Shown in pieces: positions 9,799 to 17,598 of a stretch of 24,000 nt of DNA (the stretch's first letter is position 1; every line of letters starts with the position of its first letter). A model generated the notes under the pieces. The model saw only the letters and a program-made list of their open reading frames with translations. It searched no databases and was not told the DNA's origin. The DNA is taken from positions 3,993 through 27,992 of the forward strand of contig CAYQPE010000002.1 of NCBI GenBank assembly GCA_964419445.1. The letters are read 5' to 3'. The position numbers and the translations under genes are program-made. The DNA is from an uncultured bacterium (GTDB lineage: Bacteria > Fidelibacterota > Marinisomatia > SCGC-AAA003-L08 > D37C17).

Positions 9799-10505
9799 GA
9801 GCAATTGTAATATCTCCAACATATAATGAGCGTAAAAATATTGATGAGTTAATTCATAAGGTGATGAATATAGATGATATACATCTATTGATAATTGATG
9901 ATAATTCCCCAGATAAAACTGCCGATCGCGTAAAGGAGCGAATGGAAAATTCTAATAGAATTCACTTAATAGAACGTAGTGGAAAATTAGGATTAGGAAC
10001 TGCATATTGTGACGGATTTAAATGGGCACTGGATAAAGGGTATGATAGAATAATTCAAATGGACGCAGACTTGTCTCATAACCCAGAAGAAATTCCATTT
10101 TTACTTGAAGCCAGTAATGAATTTGATTTGGTGGTTGGTAGTAGGTATATCAATGGTGTTAATGTTGTTAACTGGCCACTACGCAGATTAATTTTAAGCT
10201 ATGTTGCAAATTTATATGCACAAATAATTACTGGAATTCCGGTGCGTGATGCAACAGGTGGATTCAAATGTTTTCGTTCACGTGTGCTTGAAACAATCGA
10301 TTTATCTAAAATTAAATCTGAAGGATATTCTTTTCAGATTGAGATGAATTTCATAAGCTGGATTAAAGGATTTAAAATTAAAGAAATTCCTATCATTTTT
10401 GTAGATAGAACTGTAGGTGAGTCCAAAATGTCGAGGAAAGTAATTTTTGAGGCAATTTATATGGTTCCATTTTTAAAAATTAAAAAAATATTTAGGCTAA
10501 TTTGA
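9795..10505 (+). CDS. GT2 polyprenol-phosphate glycosyltransferase (Dpm1/Ppm1-like, e.g. polyprenol monophosphomannose synthase)
   Basis: Motifs are ISPTYNERKNI, LIIDDNSPDKT and QMDADLSHNPEEIP, plus a C-terminal amphipathic tail. I prefer the ATG at 9795 (ATGA overlap with the rfbD stop, N-terminus MRAIVISPTYNE) over the tracker's 9759 start. Confidence 0.85.
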   Translation: MRAIVISPTYNERKNIDELIHKVMNIDDIHLLIIDDNSPDKTADRVKERMENSNRIHLIERSGKLGLGTAYCDGFKWALDKGYDRIIQMDADLSHNPEEIPFLLEASNEFDLVVGSRYINGVNVVNWPLRRLILSYVANLYAQIITGIPVRDATGGFKCFRSRVLETIDLSKIKSEGYSFQIEMNFISWIKGFKIKEIPIIFVDRTVGESKMSRKVIFEAIYMVPFLKIKKIFRLI

Positions 10506-12538
10506 AACTTACCGTAATTATTGTAAGCTACAATGTTGAATCATTTTTAAAGCAATGTATTACATCAATTAAGAAATCTACAATTTCTAAAGATGTTGAA
10601 ATTATTGTTGTGGACAATAATTCGCAGGACACTTCTTGTGAAATGATTGAGAAAAGTTTTCCTGAAATCACACTGATAAAAAATCATAAAAATTTAGGCT
10701 TTTCAAAAGCAGTAAATCAGGGATTGTCATTATTAAATACTCCATTTGTTTGCATACTAAATCCCGATGCACTTGTGGAGGAAGATACATTTGAGTCAAT
10801 TTTACATTGGATGAAAAGATTTCCAAAAGTTGGTGCAGTAGGTCCAAAAGTAATCAATGCCGATGGTAGTTTACAAAAATCATGTAAGCGTAGCCTGCCT
10901 ACACCATTTAATGCAATTCCTAAACTTTTGGGATTAGACAATCTGCTACCTAAAAGTAGGTGGTTTGGAAAATACAATTTGACATATATGGATGAAAATC
11001 AAATTCATTCTGTAGATGCAATAAGCGGCTCATTTATGCTAATTAGAAAAGACGTTATTGATAAAGTTGGGTTATTTGATGAACGCTTCTTCATGTTTGG
11101 TGAAGATTTAGACTTTTCTTACCGAATAAAAAAAGCTGGATATGATGTAATTTATTATCCATTTGTAAAGGTTATTCATTATAAAGGTGAAAGCGTAAAA
11201 CAGTCTTCAAAGGATATGATTCGTGTTTTTTATGAAGCAATGGAGTTATTTTTTGAAAAATACAAAAATGAATTTCCATCATGGAAATATTTAAAGTGGA
11301 CGGTAAAAATTGGAATAAAAATTCGTGAATCATTTGCATATATCCAATCTTCTATATCCCGCAATATATCCATACTCTTAGACTCAATATCATTATTTGC
11401 TGGAACCAATCTTGCCATTAAAATATGGTACCCTTTTATTTATGGAGAGGCAAAAACTTTTTCATCACATTTTTATTTATTCTCCGACATATTCATTTCT
11501 TGGTTCATTGTAAGCTATTGGATAAAACTTTATAAAAAGAATTTACTTTCCTATCCAGGTGCATTTTTAAACACTTTTTTTACATTTCTAATTGCATCCA
11601 CGACTACATATCTATTCTCAATATTTGCTTATTCACGTGGGGTTCTGTCATTAGCTATGATGTTTACTGCAATTGCTGTTTGCTCATGGAGAATTATCAT
11701 TCATTTGTTATATAGATTTAATAAATTGAATATCCATGAAAATTCACCATTGTTTACAAGGCGGGCTGCAATATTAGGTTCAAGTGAAGAATCTCAACGA
11801 ATTATTGATGTGTTAAGAAAAACCCCTGAAGCTGATTTCAATTTAATGGGCTATTTTGATCTAAATAGAAATCCTAAAATTAGTGCAAAGTTTTTAGGAA
11901 ATCATTCTAATGTTGCTGAGGTAATAAATAAGTTGCATATCAATGAAATAATTATTCCTGAAAATCACCTATCTGTAAAAGAATTGGCAAAAATGATGTC
12001 GAAAATACAAAAAAGCTCGACTTCTTTTAAGATAGTACCATCAGGATCAAGTGTACTCATTGGAAAGGGTTTAGTTGAAAATTTATCAGGATTAACTTTA
12101 GTTAATGTTGAATTTCCAATCTTTGATAAAATGCACTTAATTTTCAAACGTTTATTTGATATATTTTTATCATCTTTGATAATTATTTTACTTTCACCCA
12201 TATTTTTAATTTCACATTTAATATGTAAAAAGAAAGTCGTAAAAATTTGGAGCAAAAATGGTGAGAATGAAACATTTAGCATAATTGATTCAGAAATTAA
12301 GTTTATAAAAAATTTATCTTATTTATTACCAATATTGCAGGGTAAAATAACCTTTGTAGGTTCAAGGATGATAAGTTTAAATGATGAAAATCCTGAATTA
12401 CTATGTAAGCCAGGACTTATGGGATTATCTCAATTAAAGGATAATGAAATTGATAATTCTGTAGAATACTATTATTTGCAACATCAATCAATAATTTTTG
12501 ATTTAGAAATAATACTTAAACATTTATTGAGAGTTTAA
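10502..12538 (+). CDS. Fusion protein: N-terminal GT2 glycosyltransferase + 4-TM / Rossmann-like / sugar-transferase (WbaP-type phosphoglycosyl transferase-like) C-terminal half with degenerate catalytic motifs
   Basis: 678 aa with a TTG start in a TTGA overlap. Residues 1 to about 250 form a GT2 domain (IIVSYNVESFL, VVDNNSQD, FGEDLDFSYR). About four hydrophobic helices follow. Next comes RRAAILGSSEESQRIIDVL...LMGYFD, as found in large PGTs. The protein ends with KRLFDIFLSSLIIILLSPIFLI...LPILQGKITFVGSR...KPGLMGLSQL...IIFDLEIILKHL, matching the Bac_transf re-entrant helix and core. Confidence 0.85.
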   Translation: MKLTVIIVSYNVESFLKQCITSIKKSTISKDVEIIVVDNNSQDTSCEMIEKSFPEITLIKNHKNLGFSKAVNQGLSLLNTPFVCILNPDALVEEDTFESILHWMKRFPKVGAVGPKVINADGSLQKSCKRSLPTPFNAIPKLLGLDNLLPKSRWFGKYNLTYMDENQIHSVDAISGSFMLIRKDVIDKVGLFDERFFMFGEDLDFSYRIKKAGYDVIYYPFVKVIHYKGESVKQSSKDMIRVFYEAMELFFEKYKNEFPSWKYLKWTVKIGIKIRESFAYIQSSISRNISILLDSISLFAGTNLAIKIWYPFIYGEAKTFSSHFYLFSDIFISWFIVSYWIKLYKKNLLSYPGAFLNTFFTFLIASTTTYLFSIFAYSRGVLSLAMMFTAIAVCSWRIIIHLLYRFNKLNIHENSPLFTRRAAILGSSEESQRIIDVLRKTPEADFNLMGYFDLNRNPKISAKFLGNHSNVAEVINKLHINEIIIPENHLSVKELAKMMSKIQKSSTSFKIVPSGSSVLIGKGLVENLSGLTLVNVEFPIFDKMHLIFKRLFDIFLSSLIIILLSPIFLISHLICKKKVVKIWSKNGENETFSIIDSEIKFIKNLSYLLPILQGKITFVGSRMISLNDENPELLCKPGLMGLSQLKDNEIDNSVEYYYLQHQSIIFDLEIILKHLLRV

Positions 12539-13503
12539 TGTCTAAATACATTTTAGAATTTGAAACACCACTAAAGGAGATTGAAGATAAAATTGAATCT
12601 CTTAAATCCACATCAATAAAAACAGGTGTTGATGTCACTTCAGGTATTTCTCAACTTGAAGAAGAGTTAAAGCGTAAAAAAGAAGAAATTTATAATAATT
12701 TAAGTCGTTGGGAGCGTGTACAGTTAGCGCGTCATCCTAAACGTCCATATTCTCAAGATTACATTGACCGAATAGCAGATGATTGGCTTGAGCTACATGG
12801 AGACCGATATTTCAGTGATGATAGTGCAATAATTGGTGGAATTGGAAAAATTTCAAATGAGCCATTTATGATTATAGGTCAAGAAAAGGGTAGGGGCACA
12901 AAAAATAAATTATTTAGGAATTTTGGAATGCCTCGACCTGAAGGCTACCGTAAAGCATTGCGATTAATGAAATTGGCAGAAAAGTTCAATACCCCTATTT
13001 TAACAATCATAGATACCATTGGTGCATATCCAGGTTTAGGTGCTGAAGAACGCGGTCAAGCTGAAGCCATTGCTAAAAATTTATTTGAAATGGCTCGTTT
13101 GAAAGTACCAGTAATATCTGTGGTAATTGGTGAAGGAGCCTCTGGGGGCGCCCTTGGAATAGGGGTGGCTGATAAAATAATATGTTTTGAAAATACATGG
13201 TATTCTGTTATTTCACCAGAGGGGTGTGCATCCATTTTGTTTAGAGATGCTGGAAGAGCTGCAGAAGCTGCCGATTCAATGAAAGTTACTGCCCATGATT
13301 TATTAGAGTTGGAAATTGCCGATAAAATAATTCCTGAGCCTGGTGGTGGTGCACATATGGATTATGACGGTGCAGCAGAAACGATGAAAGTATCAGTATT
13401 AGAAGAATTAGTCGCATTAAAAAATATGACTTCTGATGAACGAATTCAATTAAGAATGGAAAAGTTTGAGAAAATGGGAAGGTGGAACGAGGAAAGTGAG
13501 TAA
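12538..13503 (+). CDS. accA: Acetyl-CoA carboxylase carboxyltransferase subunit alpha
   Basis: 321 aa. Motifs are LEFETPLKEIEDKIESLK, RHPKRPY and GYRKALRLMKLAEKFNTPILTIIDTIGAYPGLGAEERGQAEAIA. The ATG shares 1 nt with the upstream TAA. Confidence 0.95.
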   Translation: MSKYILEFETPLKEIEDKIESLKSTSIKTGVDVTSGISQLEEELKRKKEEIYNNLSRWERVQLARHPKRPYSQDYIDRIADDWLELHGDRYFSDDSAIIGGIGKISNEPFMIIGQEKGRGTKNKLFRNFGMPRPEGYRKALRLMKLAEKFNTPILTIIDTIGAYPGLGAEERGQAEAIAKNLFEMARLKVPVISVVIGEGASGGALGIGVADKIICFENTWYSVISPEGCASILFRDAGRAAEAADSMKVTAHDLLELEIADKIIPEPGGGAHMDYDGAAETMKVSVLEELVALKNMTSDERIQLRMEKFEKMGRWNEESE

Positions 13504-15142
13504 AATTGGTTCGTCTGTAGATACTTGGAACAAGGAAAAGTCTGATTCCTTTAAGTCTGAGTTTACTACACTAATTGATTCTTTTAATAAAGATCGCGAA
13601 AAAATAAAAGAATGCGGAGGTGCAATTGCCATCGAAAAACAGCATGCCAAGGGGCGATTGACAGCTCGTGAAAGAATCTCACAATTAATTGATACAAATA
13701 CTAAATTTTTCGAACTTGGGCTGTTTGCTGCCTATGGTATGTATAAAGAATATGGTTCACCGCCTGCTTCTGGAACCATTATAGGGTTGGGTAAAATATC
13801 AAATCAAGAATGCATGATTGTTGCCAACGATGCTACTGTAAAGGCAGGCGCATATTTTGAGGTGACCTTAAAGAAAACTCTTAGGGCGCAAGAAATTGCA
13901 ATGGAAAATAATATCCCTATAGTTTATCTTGTTGACTCTGCAGGTGTATTTTTACCTCTTCAAGATCAAGTTTTTCCTGATGAAGGGCACTTTGGTAAAA
14001 TATTTTATAATAATGCTCGAATGTCTTCCATGGGGATTCCTCAAATTGCATGTGTAATGGGTCCATGTGTTGCTGGAGGTGCCTATCTTCCTGTTATGTG
14101 TGATAAGTATATTATTGTCGATGGCGCTAGTATGTTTTTAGCGGGTCCCGCACTTGTAAAGGCAGCAATTGGTCAGGAGATTGACCAAGAAACATTAGGT
14201 GGTGCAACAACCCACAGTGCAATTAGTGGAACTGCAGATTACCATGAAGCTGATGATGTATTAGCACTAGAGCGAATTAAAAAAATTATTGATCATATCA
14301 ACCTCCCTCAAGAAAAAGCATTTCGTACATCAGATGTGTTAAATCCCCAATTTCATCAAAATGAATTAGATATGATTTTTTCCCCTGAAAATTCAGGTCA
14401 ATATGATGTGAATGAGATTTTATCAAGAATTGTAGATGATAGCAATTTTGAAGAATATAAAAGTACCCATGGGAAAACGCTGGTATGTGGTAGTGCAAAA
14501 ATTGGTGGAATTAGTCTGGGAATTGTTGCAAACCAACGAAACATCCTCCGAACTGAAACCGGTGAAATGCAAATGGGTGGAGTAATATATTCTGATTCTG
14601 CAGATAAGGCTGCACGATTTATTATGAATTGCAATCAAGATAGAATCCCGTTAATATTTATTCATGATGTAAATGGATTTATGGTTGGAAAGGATGCTGA
14701 ATGGGGTGGGATTGCTAAAGATGGTGCCAAACTAGTTAATGCAGTGGCTAATTCAGTTGTGCCTAAAATAACATTGGTAATTGGTGGTAGCTATGGTGCA
14801 GGAAACTATGCATTGTCTGGCCGTGCATATAAACCACGATTTATGTTTGCATGGCCTTCTGCAAAAATTGCGGTAATGGGGGGAGCACAGGCTGCAAAAA
14901 CATTATCACAAATTAAGTTAGCAAAAATGGGCGATGTTGATGAATCTGTAAAAACACAAATTTATGAAGAAATAAAAGCTAGTTATGACGAACAATCTGA
15001 TCCTCGCTATGCTGCTGCTCGAATGTGGATTGATGAAATTATTAATCCAGAGGATACTAGAGAAACATTAATACGGGCATTAGAGGTTGTTAATCATCAG
15101 ACAAAAATTGAAACACCAAACTTTGGAGTCCTACAAGTATGA
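13496..15142 (+). CDS. Acyl-CoA carboxylase carboxyltransferase (beta) subunit, methylcrotonyl-CoA / geranyl-CoA carboxylase type (LiuB/AtuC-like)
   Basis: About 548 aa. The N-terminus resembles MCC-beta (GGAIAIEKQHAKGRLTARERISQLID). Both CT subdomains are present (ANDATVKAGAY, CVMGPCVAGGAY, FIHDVNGFMVG, VIGGSYGAGNYA). The start is ambiguous: GTG 13496 is preferred because it follows GAGGAAA and aligns with family N-termini, while the tracker used TTG 13466. Confidence 0.88.
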   Translation: MSKIGSSVDTWNKEKSDSFKSEFTTLIDSFNKDREKIKECGGAIAIEKQHAKGRLTARERISQLIDTNTKFFELGLFAAYGMYKEYGSPPASGTIIGLGKISNQECMIVANDATVKAGAYFEVTLKKTLRAQEIAMENNIPIVYLVDSAGVFLPLQDQVFPDEGHFGKIFYNNARMSSMGIPQIACVMGPCVAGGAYLPVMCDKYIIVDGASMFLAGPALVKAAIGQEIDQETLGGATTHSAISGTADYHEADDVLALERIKKIIDHINLPQEKAFRTSDVLNPQFHQNELDMIFSPENSGQYDVNEILSRIVDDSNFEEYKSTHGKTLVCGSAKIGGISLGIVANQRNILRTETGEMQMGGVIYSDSADKAARFIMNCNQDRIPLIFIHDVNGFMVGKDAEWGGIAKDGAKLVNAVANSVVPKITLVIGGSYGAGNYALSGRAYKPRFMFAWPSAKIAVMGGAQAAKTLSQIKLAKMGDVDESVKTQIYEEIKASYDEQSDPRYAAARMWIDEIINPEDTRETLIRALEVVNHQTKIETPNFGVLQV

Positions 15143-16488
15143 GTAAAGTGGTAAGAATAGCAAATGGACAAGGGTTTTGGGGTGATTCTATTGACGCTCC
15201 TGTAAATCTCGTTGAAAAAGGGAATATAGATTACCTCACGTTGGATTATTTAGCTGAAGTTACATTGTCAATTATGCAGCGGCAAAAGCTAAAACGTCCT
15301 GATGCTGGTTACGCTAGAGATTTTGTTGATCTTATTGATAGAATTCTCCCTGATATCATCGAAAAAGATATTAAGGTAATTTCAAATGCCGGTGGGGTTA
15401 ATCCGGAAGCCTGTCGGGAAAAACTTCTAGAAATTGCTAAAGAAAAAAATATTGATATAAAAATTGGAATTATCAAAGGTGATGATATTTTTAATGATTT
15501 AGATTCATTGAATGAATCTGGAATTTCATTTGATAATCTGGAAACAGGTGAATCATTTGAAACCATTAAAGATAAAGTCTATTCAGCCAATGTATATATT
15601 GATAGTTTTTGCATTGCTGATGCCTTACAAGATGGGGCACAAATAGTACTTGCTGGTCGTGTATCAGATCCGGGACTTGCGTTAGGCCCAGCAATATATG
15701 AATATGATTGGAAACCTAATCAATTAGACTTATTGGCAGCAGGGACATTAGCAGGCCACATTACAGAATGTGGTGCACAATGTACAGGTGGAAATTATTC
15801 ACGATGGCAAGAGGTAGAAGATTTAGCGACTATTGGATATCCCATTATTGAAATGAAGGAAAATGGTGAATTTGTAATTACAAAACATGAAGATTCAGGT
15901 GGACTTGTAAACAGATACACAATCGCTGAGCAAATTCTTTATGAAATGGGAAATCCAAAGCATTATATATCACCAGATGTTTGCGTTGATTTTACAACCT
16001 TTAAGATTGATGATGAAGGGCGAAATAGAGTGCGAATTTCAGAGGCAAAAGGCTTAGAGGCTACAAATACATATAAAGTATCCATTAGTTATTTTGCTGG
16101 ATATAAAGCAAGTGGTCAACTTACCGTTTCTGGCCCTAATGCCTATGAAAAAGCTCAGTTGATTTCAAAAACTATATGGAAACGCTTAGAAATAGCAGGA
16201 TGTAATTATGAAAAAACAAATACTGAGTATTTAGGCTTATCATCTTGCCATGGAGATATTAATACAATTCCCAATCAGTTGAATGAAGTAGTTTTAAGAT
16301 TATCTGTTAAAGATGATGATAAAGATAAAGTTGGTCGGTTTGGGAAAGAGATTGCTCCAGTAATTACCAATGGTCCTCCAGGAGTTACTGGGTTTGCTGG
16401 TGGGCGTCCAAAAGCACAGGAAATAGTGGCATATTGGCCATCATTAATACCTAAATCGGTTATAAATACTAAAGTTGATGTGATATAA
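15139..16488 (+). CDS. AtuA-family protein (DUF1446, acyclic terpene utilisation protein A), N-terminal large part
   Basis: 449 aa. The N-terminus IANGQGFWGDSIDAPVNLVEKGNIDYLTLDYLAEVTLSIM and the later AGHITECGAQCTGGNY match what I recall of the AtuA/DUF1446 family. It has an ATGA overlap with the carboxyltransferase stop. Confidence 0.78.
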   Translation: MSKVVRIANGQGFWGDSIDAPVNLVEKGNIDYLTLDYLAEVTLSIMQRQKLKRPDAGYARDFVDLIDRILPDIIEKDIKVISNAGGVNPEACREKLLEIAKEKNIDIKIGIIKGDDIFNDLDSLNESGISFDNLETGESFETIKDKVYSANVYIDSFCIADALQDGAQIVLAGRVSDPGLALGPAIYEYDWKPNQLDLLAAGTLAGHITECGAQCTGGNYSRWQEVEDLATIGYPIIEMKENGEFVITKHEDSGGLVNRYTIAEQILYEMGNPKHYISPDVCVDFTTFKIDDEGRNRVRISEAKGLEATNTYKVSISYFAGYKASGQLTVSGPNAYEKAQLISKTIWKRLEIAGCNYEKTNTEYLGLSSCHGDINTIPNQLNEVVLRLSVKDDDKDKVGRFGKEIAPVITNGPPGVTGFAGGRPKAQEIVAYWPSLIPKSVINTKVDVI

Positions 16489-16829
16489 TGAAAATAAAAT
16501 TAGAAAAATTTGCACATGCTCGTTCAGGAGATAAAGGCCCAAATTCAAACGTTGGATTAATTTTTAGACATCCAGATATTTATGAGTGGGCTAAAGAAAA
16601 TATATCAACTTCTGTAGTAAAATCACATTTTGGCAATGTGGTAAATGGGGAAGTCATTCGGTATGAGATGGATAATTTATATGCATTAAATTTCATATTA
16701 GGAGATAGTTTAGGTGGTGGAGGTAGTGAGTCCTTGTTGAATGATGCTCAAGGCAAAACTCATGGTCAAGCATTATTATTAATGGAAGTGGATTTACCAA
16801 ACCATTTGATGGAATTAACTAATGAGTAA
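16488..16829 (+). CDS. Small AtuA-associated protein (DUF4387-like; corresponds to the C-terminal part of full-length Pseudomonas-type AtuA)
   Basis: 113 aa. Motifs are AHARSGDKGPNSNVGLIF, ALNFILGDSLGGGGSESLLNDAQGK and QALL. It has a TAATG overlap with the preceding AtuA-like ORF. Confidence 0.7.
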   Translation: MKIKLEKFAHARSGDKGPNSNVGLIFRHPDIYEWAKENISTSVVKSHFGNVVNGEVIRYEMDNLYALNFILGDSLGGGGSESLLNDAQGKTHGQALLLMEVDLPNHLMELTNE

Positions 16830-17598
16830 AAATTATACTTTAAATGTGCAAGACGATGGGATTGCATTTTTAACACTTTCACGTAATCCTGTTAATGCTC
16901 TTTCTATAGAATTTATTGATGAACTTTTATCTGTTTTTAAGAAAATAAATAAAGATGCCCAAATCAATATTTTAATAATATCATCTTCAATAAAGCATTT
17001 CTGTGCTGGTGCAGATTTAAAAGAACGTAAAGATTTATCTATTGAGGAAACTGAAAATGTTGTTTCCAATATTGGGCAGTGTTTTTCAGAGTTGGAGAAA
17101 TTACCATTTCCAACTATTTCTGCAATACAGGGAAGTGCGTTGGGCGGTGGATTAGAATTAGTACTTGCTTGTGATTTTAGAATTGCTGATGAAAAAGCAA
17201 TGCTAGGTTTAACTGAGACTTCATTAGGAATTATTCCAGGTGCTGGCGGTACGCAACGTTTACCCAGATTGATTGGGAAATCTAAAGCAAAATACTGGAT
17301 ATATTCAGCCCGTAAATTTTCTGCAGAAGAGGCTTTTATTGATGGTGTAGTTGATTTTTTATCACCGGTAGGTGAAGTATTAGAAACAGCTATCGATTTA
17401 GCAGACGAAATTAATCAAAATGCACCACTAGCGATAAAAGCTGCTAAAAAGTCAATTGATGTAGGTATTGATAAAGATTTAACAGAAGCATTAAATCTTG
17501 AAAAGCAAAGCTATAAAACAACGCTCCATTCCAATGATAGAAATGAAGCGTTGAAAGCCTTTGCAGAAAAAAGACCGCCTAAATGGTCAGGGAATTAA
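16822..17598 (+). CDS. Enoyl-CoA hydratase/isomerase (crotonase) family, methylglutaconyl-CoA hydratase-like (LiuC/AtuE-like)
   Basis: 258 aa. Crotonase motifs are [29 protein letters not shown] and [24 protein letters not shown]. It overlaps the upstream ORF by 8 nt. Confidence 0.9.
   Translation: MSKNYTLNVQDDGIAFLTLSRNPVNALSIEFIDELLSVFKKINKDAQINILIISSSIKHFCAGADLKERKDLSIEETENVVSNIGQCFSELEKLPFPTISAIQGSALGGGLELVLACDFRIADEKAMLGLTETSLGIIPGAGGTQRLPRLIGKSKAKYWIYSARKFSAEEAFIDGVVDFLSPVGEVLETAIDLADEINQNAPLAIKAAKKSIDVGIDKDLTEALNLEKQSYKTTLHSNDRNEALKAFAEKRPPKWSGN

Noticed and set aside
10717-12282. Antisense ORFs within the GT2-PGT fusion gene (10717-10977, 11230-11418, 11965-12282; the last is 105 aa).
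   Set aside because: The 105-aa ORF is somewhat long for AT-rich DNA, but it has no RBS, no recognisable domain and a Lys/Ile/Phe-rich low-complexity translation. It lies antisense to a continuous 678-aa ORF with clear domain homology.
13450-13650. Possible accA / carboxyltransferase gene fusion or programmed frameshift at the overlap, plus antisense ORF 13450-13650.
   Set aside because: accA ends with a normal family-length C-terminus and a clean TAA. The downstream gene starts in a different frame with its own GTG or TTG and a family-typical N-terminus. I saw no slippery heptamer. The antisense ORF is a shadow.
14298-15566. Antisense ORFs in the carboxyltransferase and AtuA genes (14298-14498, 14398-14634, 14423-14638, 15309-15566).
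   Set aside because: They overlap one another and the conserved sense genes, and no signals support them.
16833-17069. Antisense ORF inside the crotonase gene.
   Set aside because: It is a shadow ORF opposite a conserved motif-bearing region.
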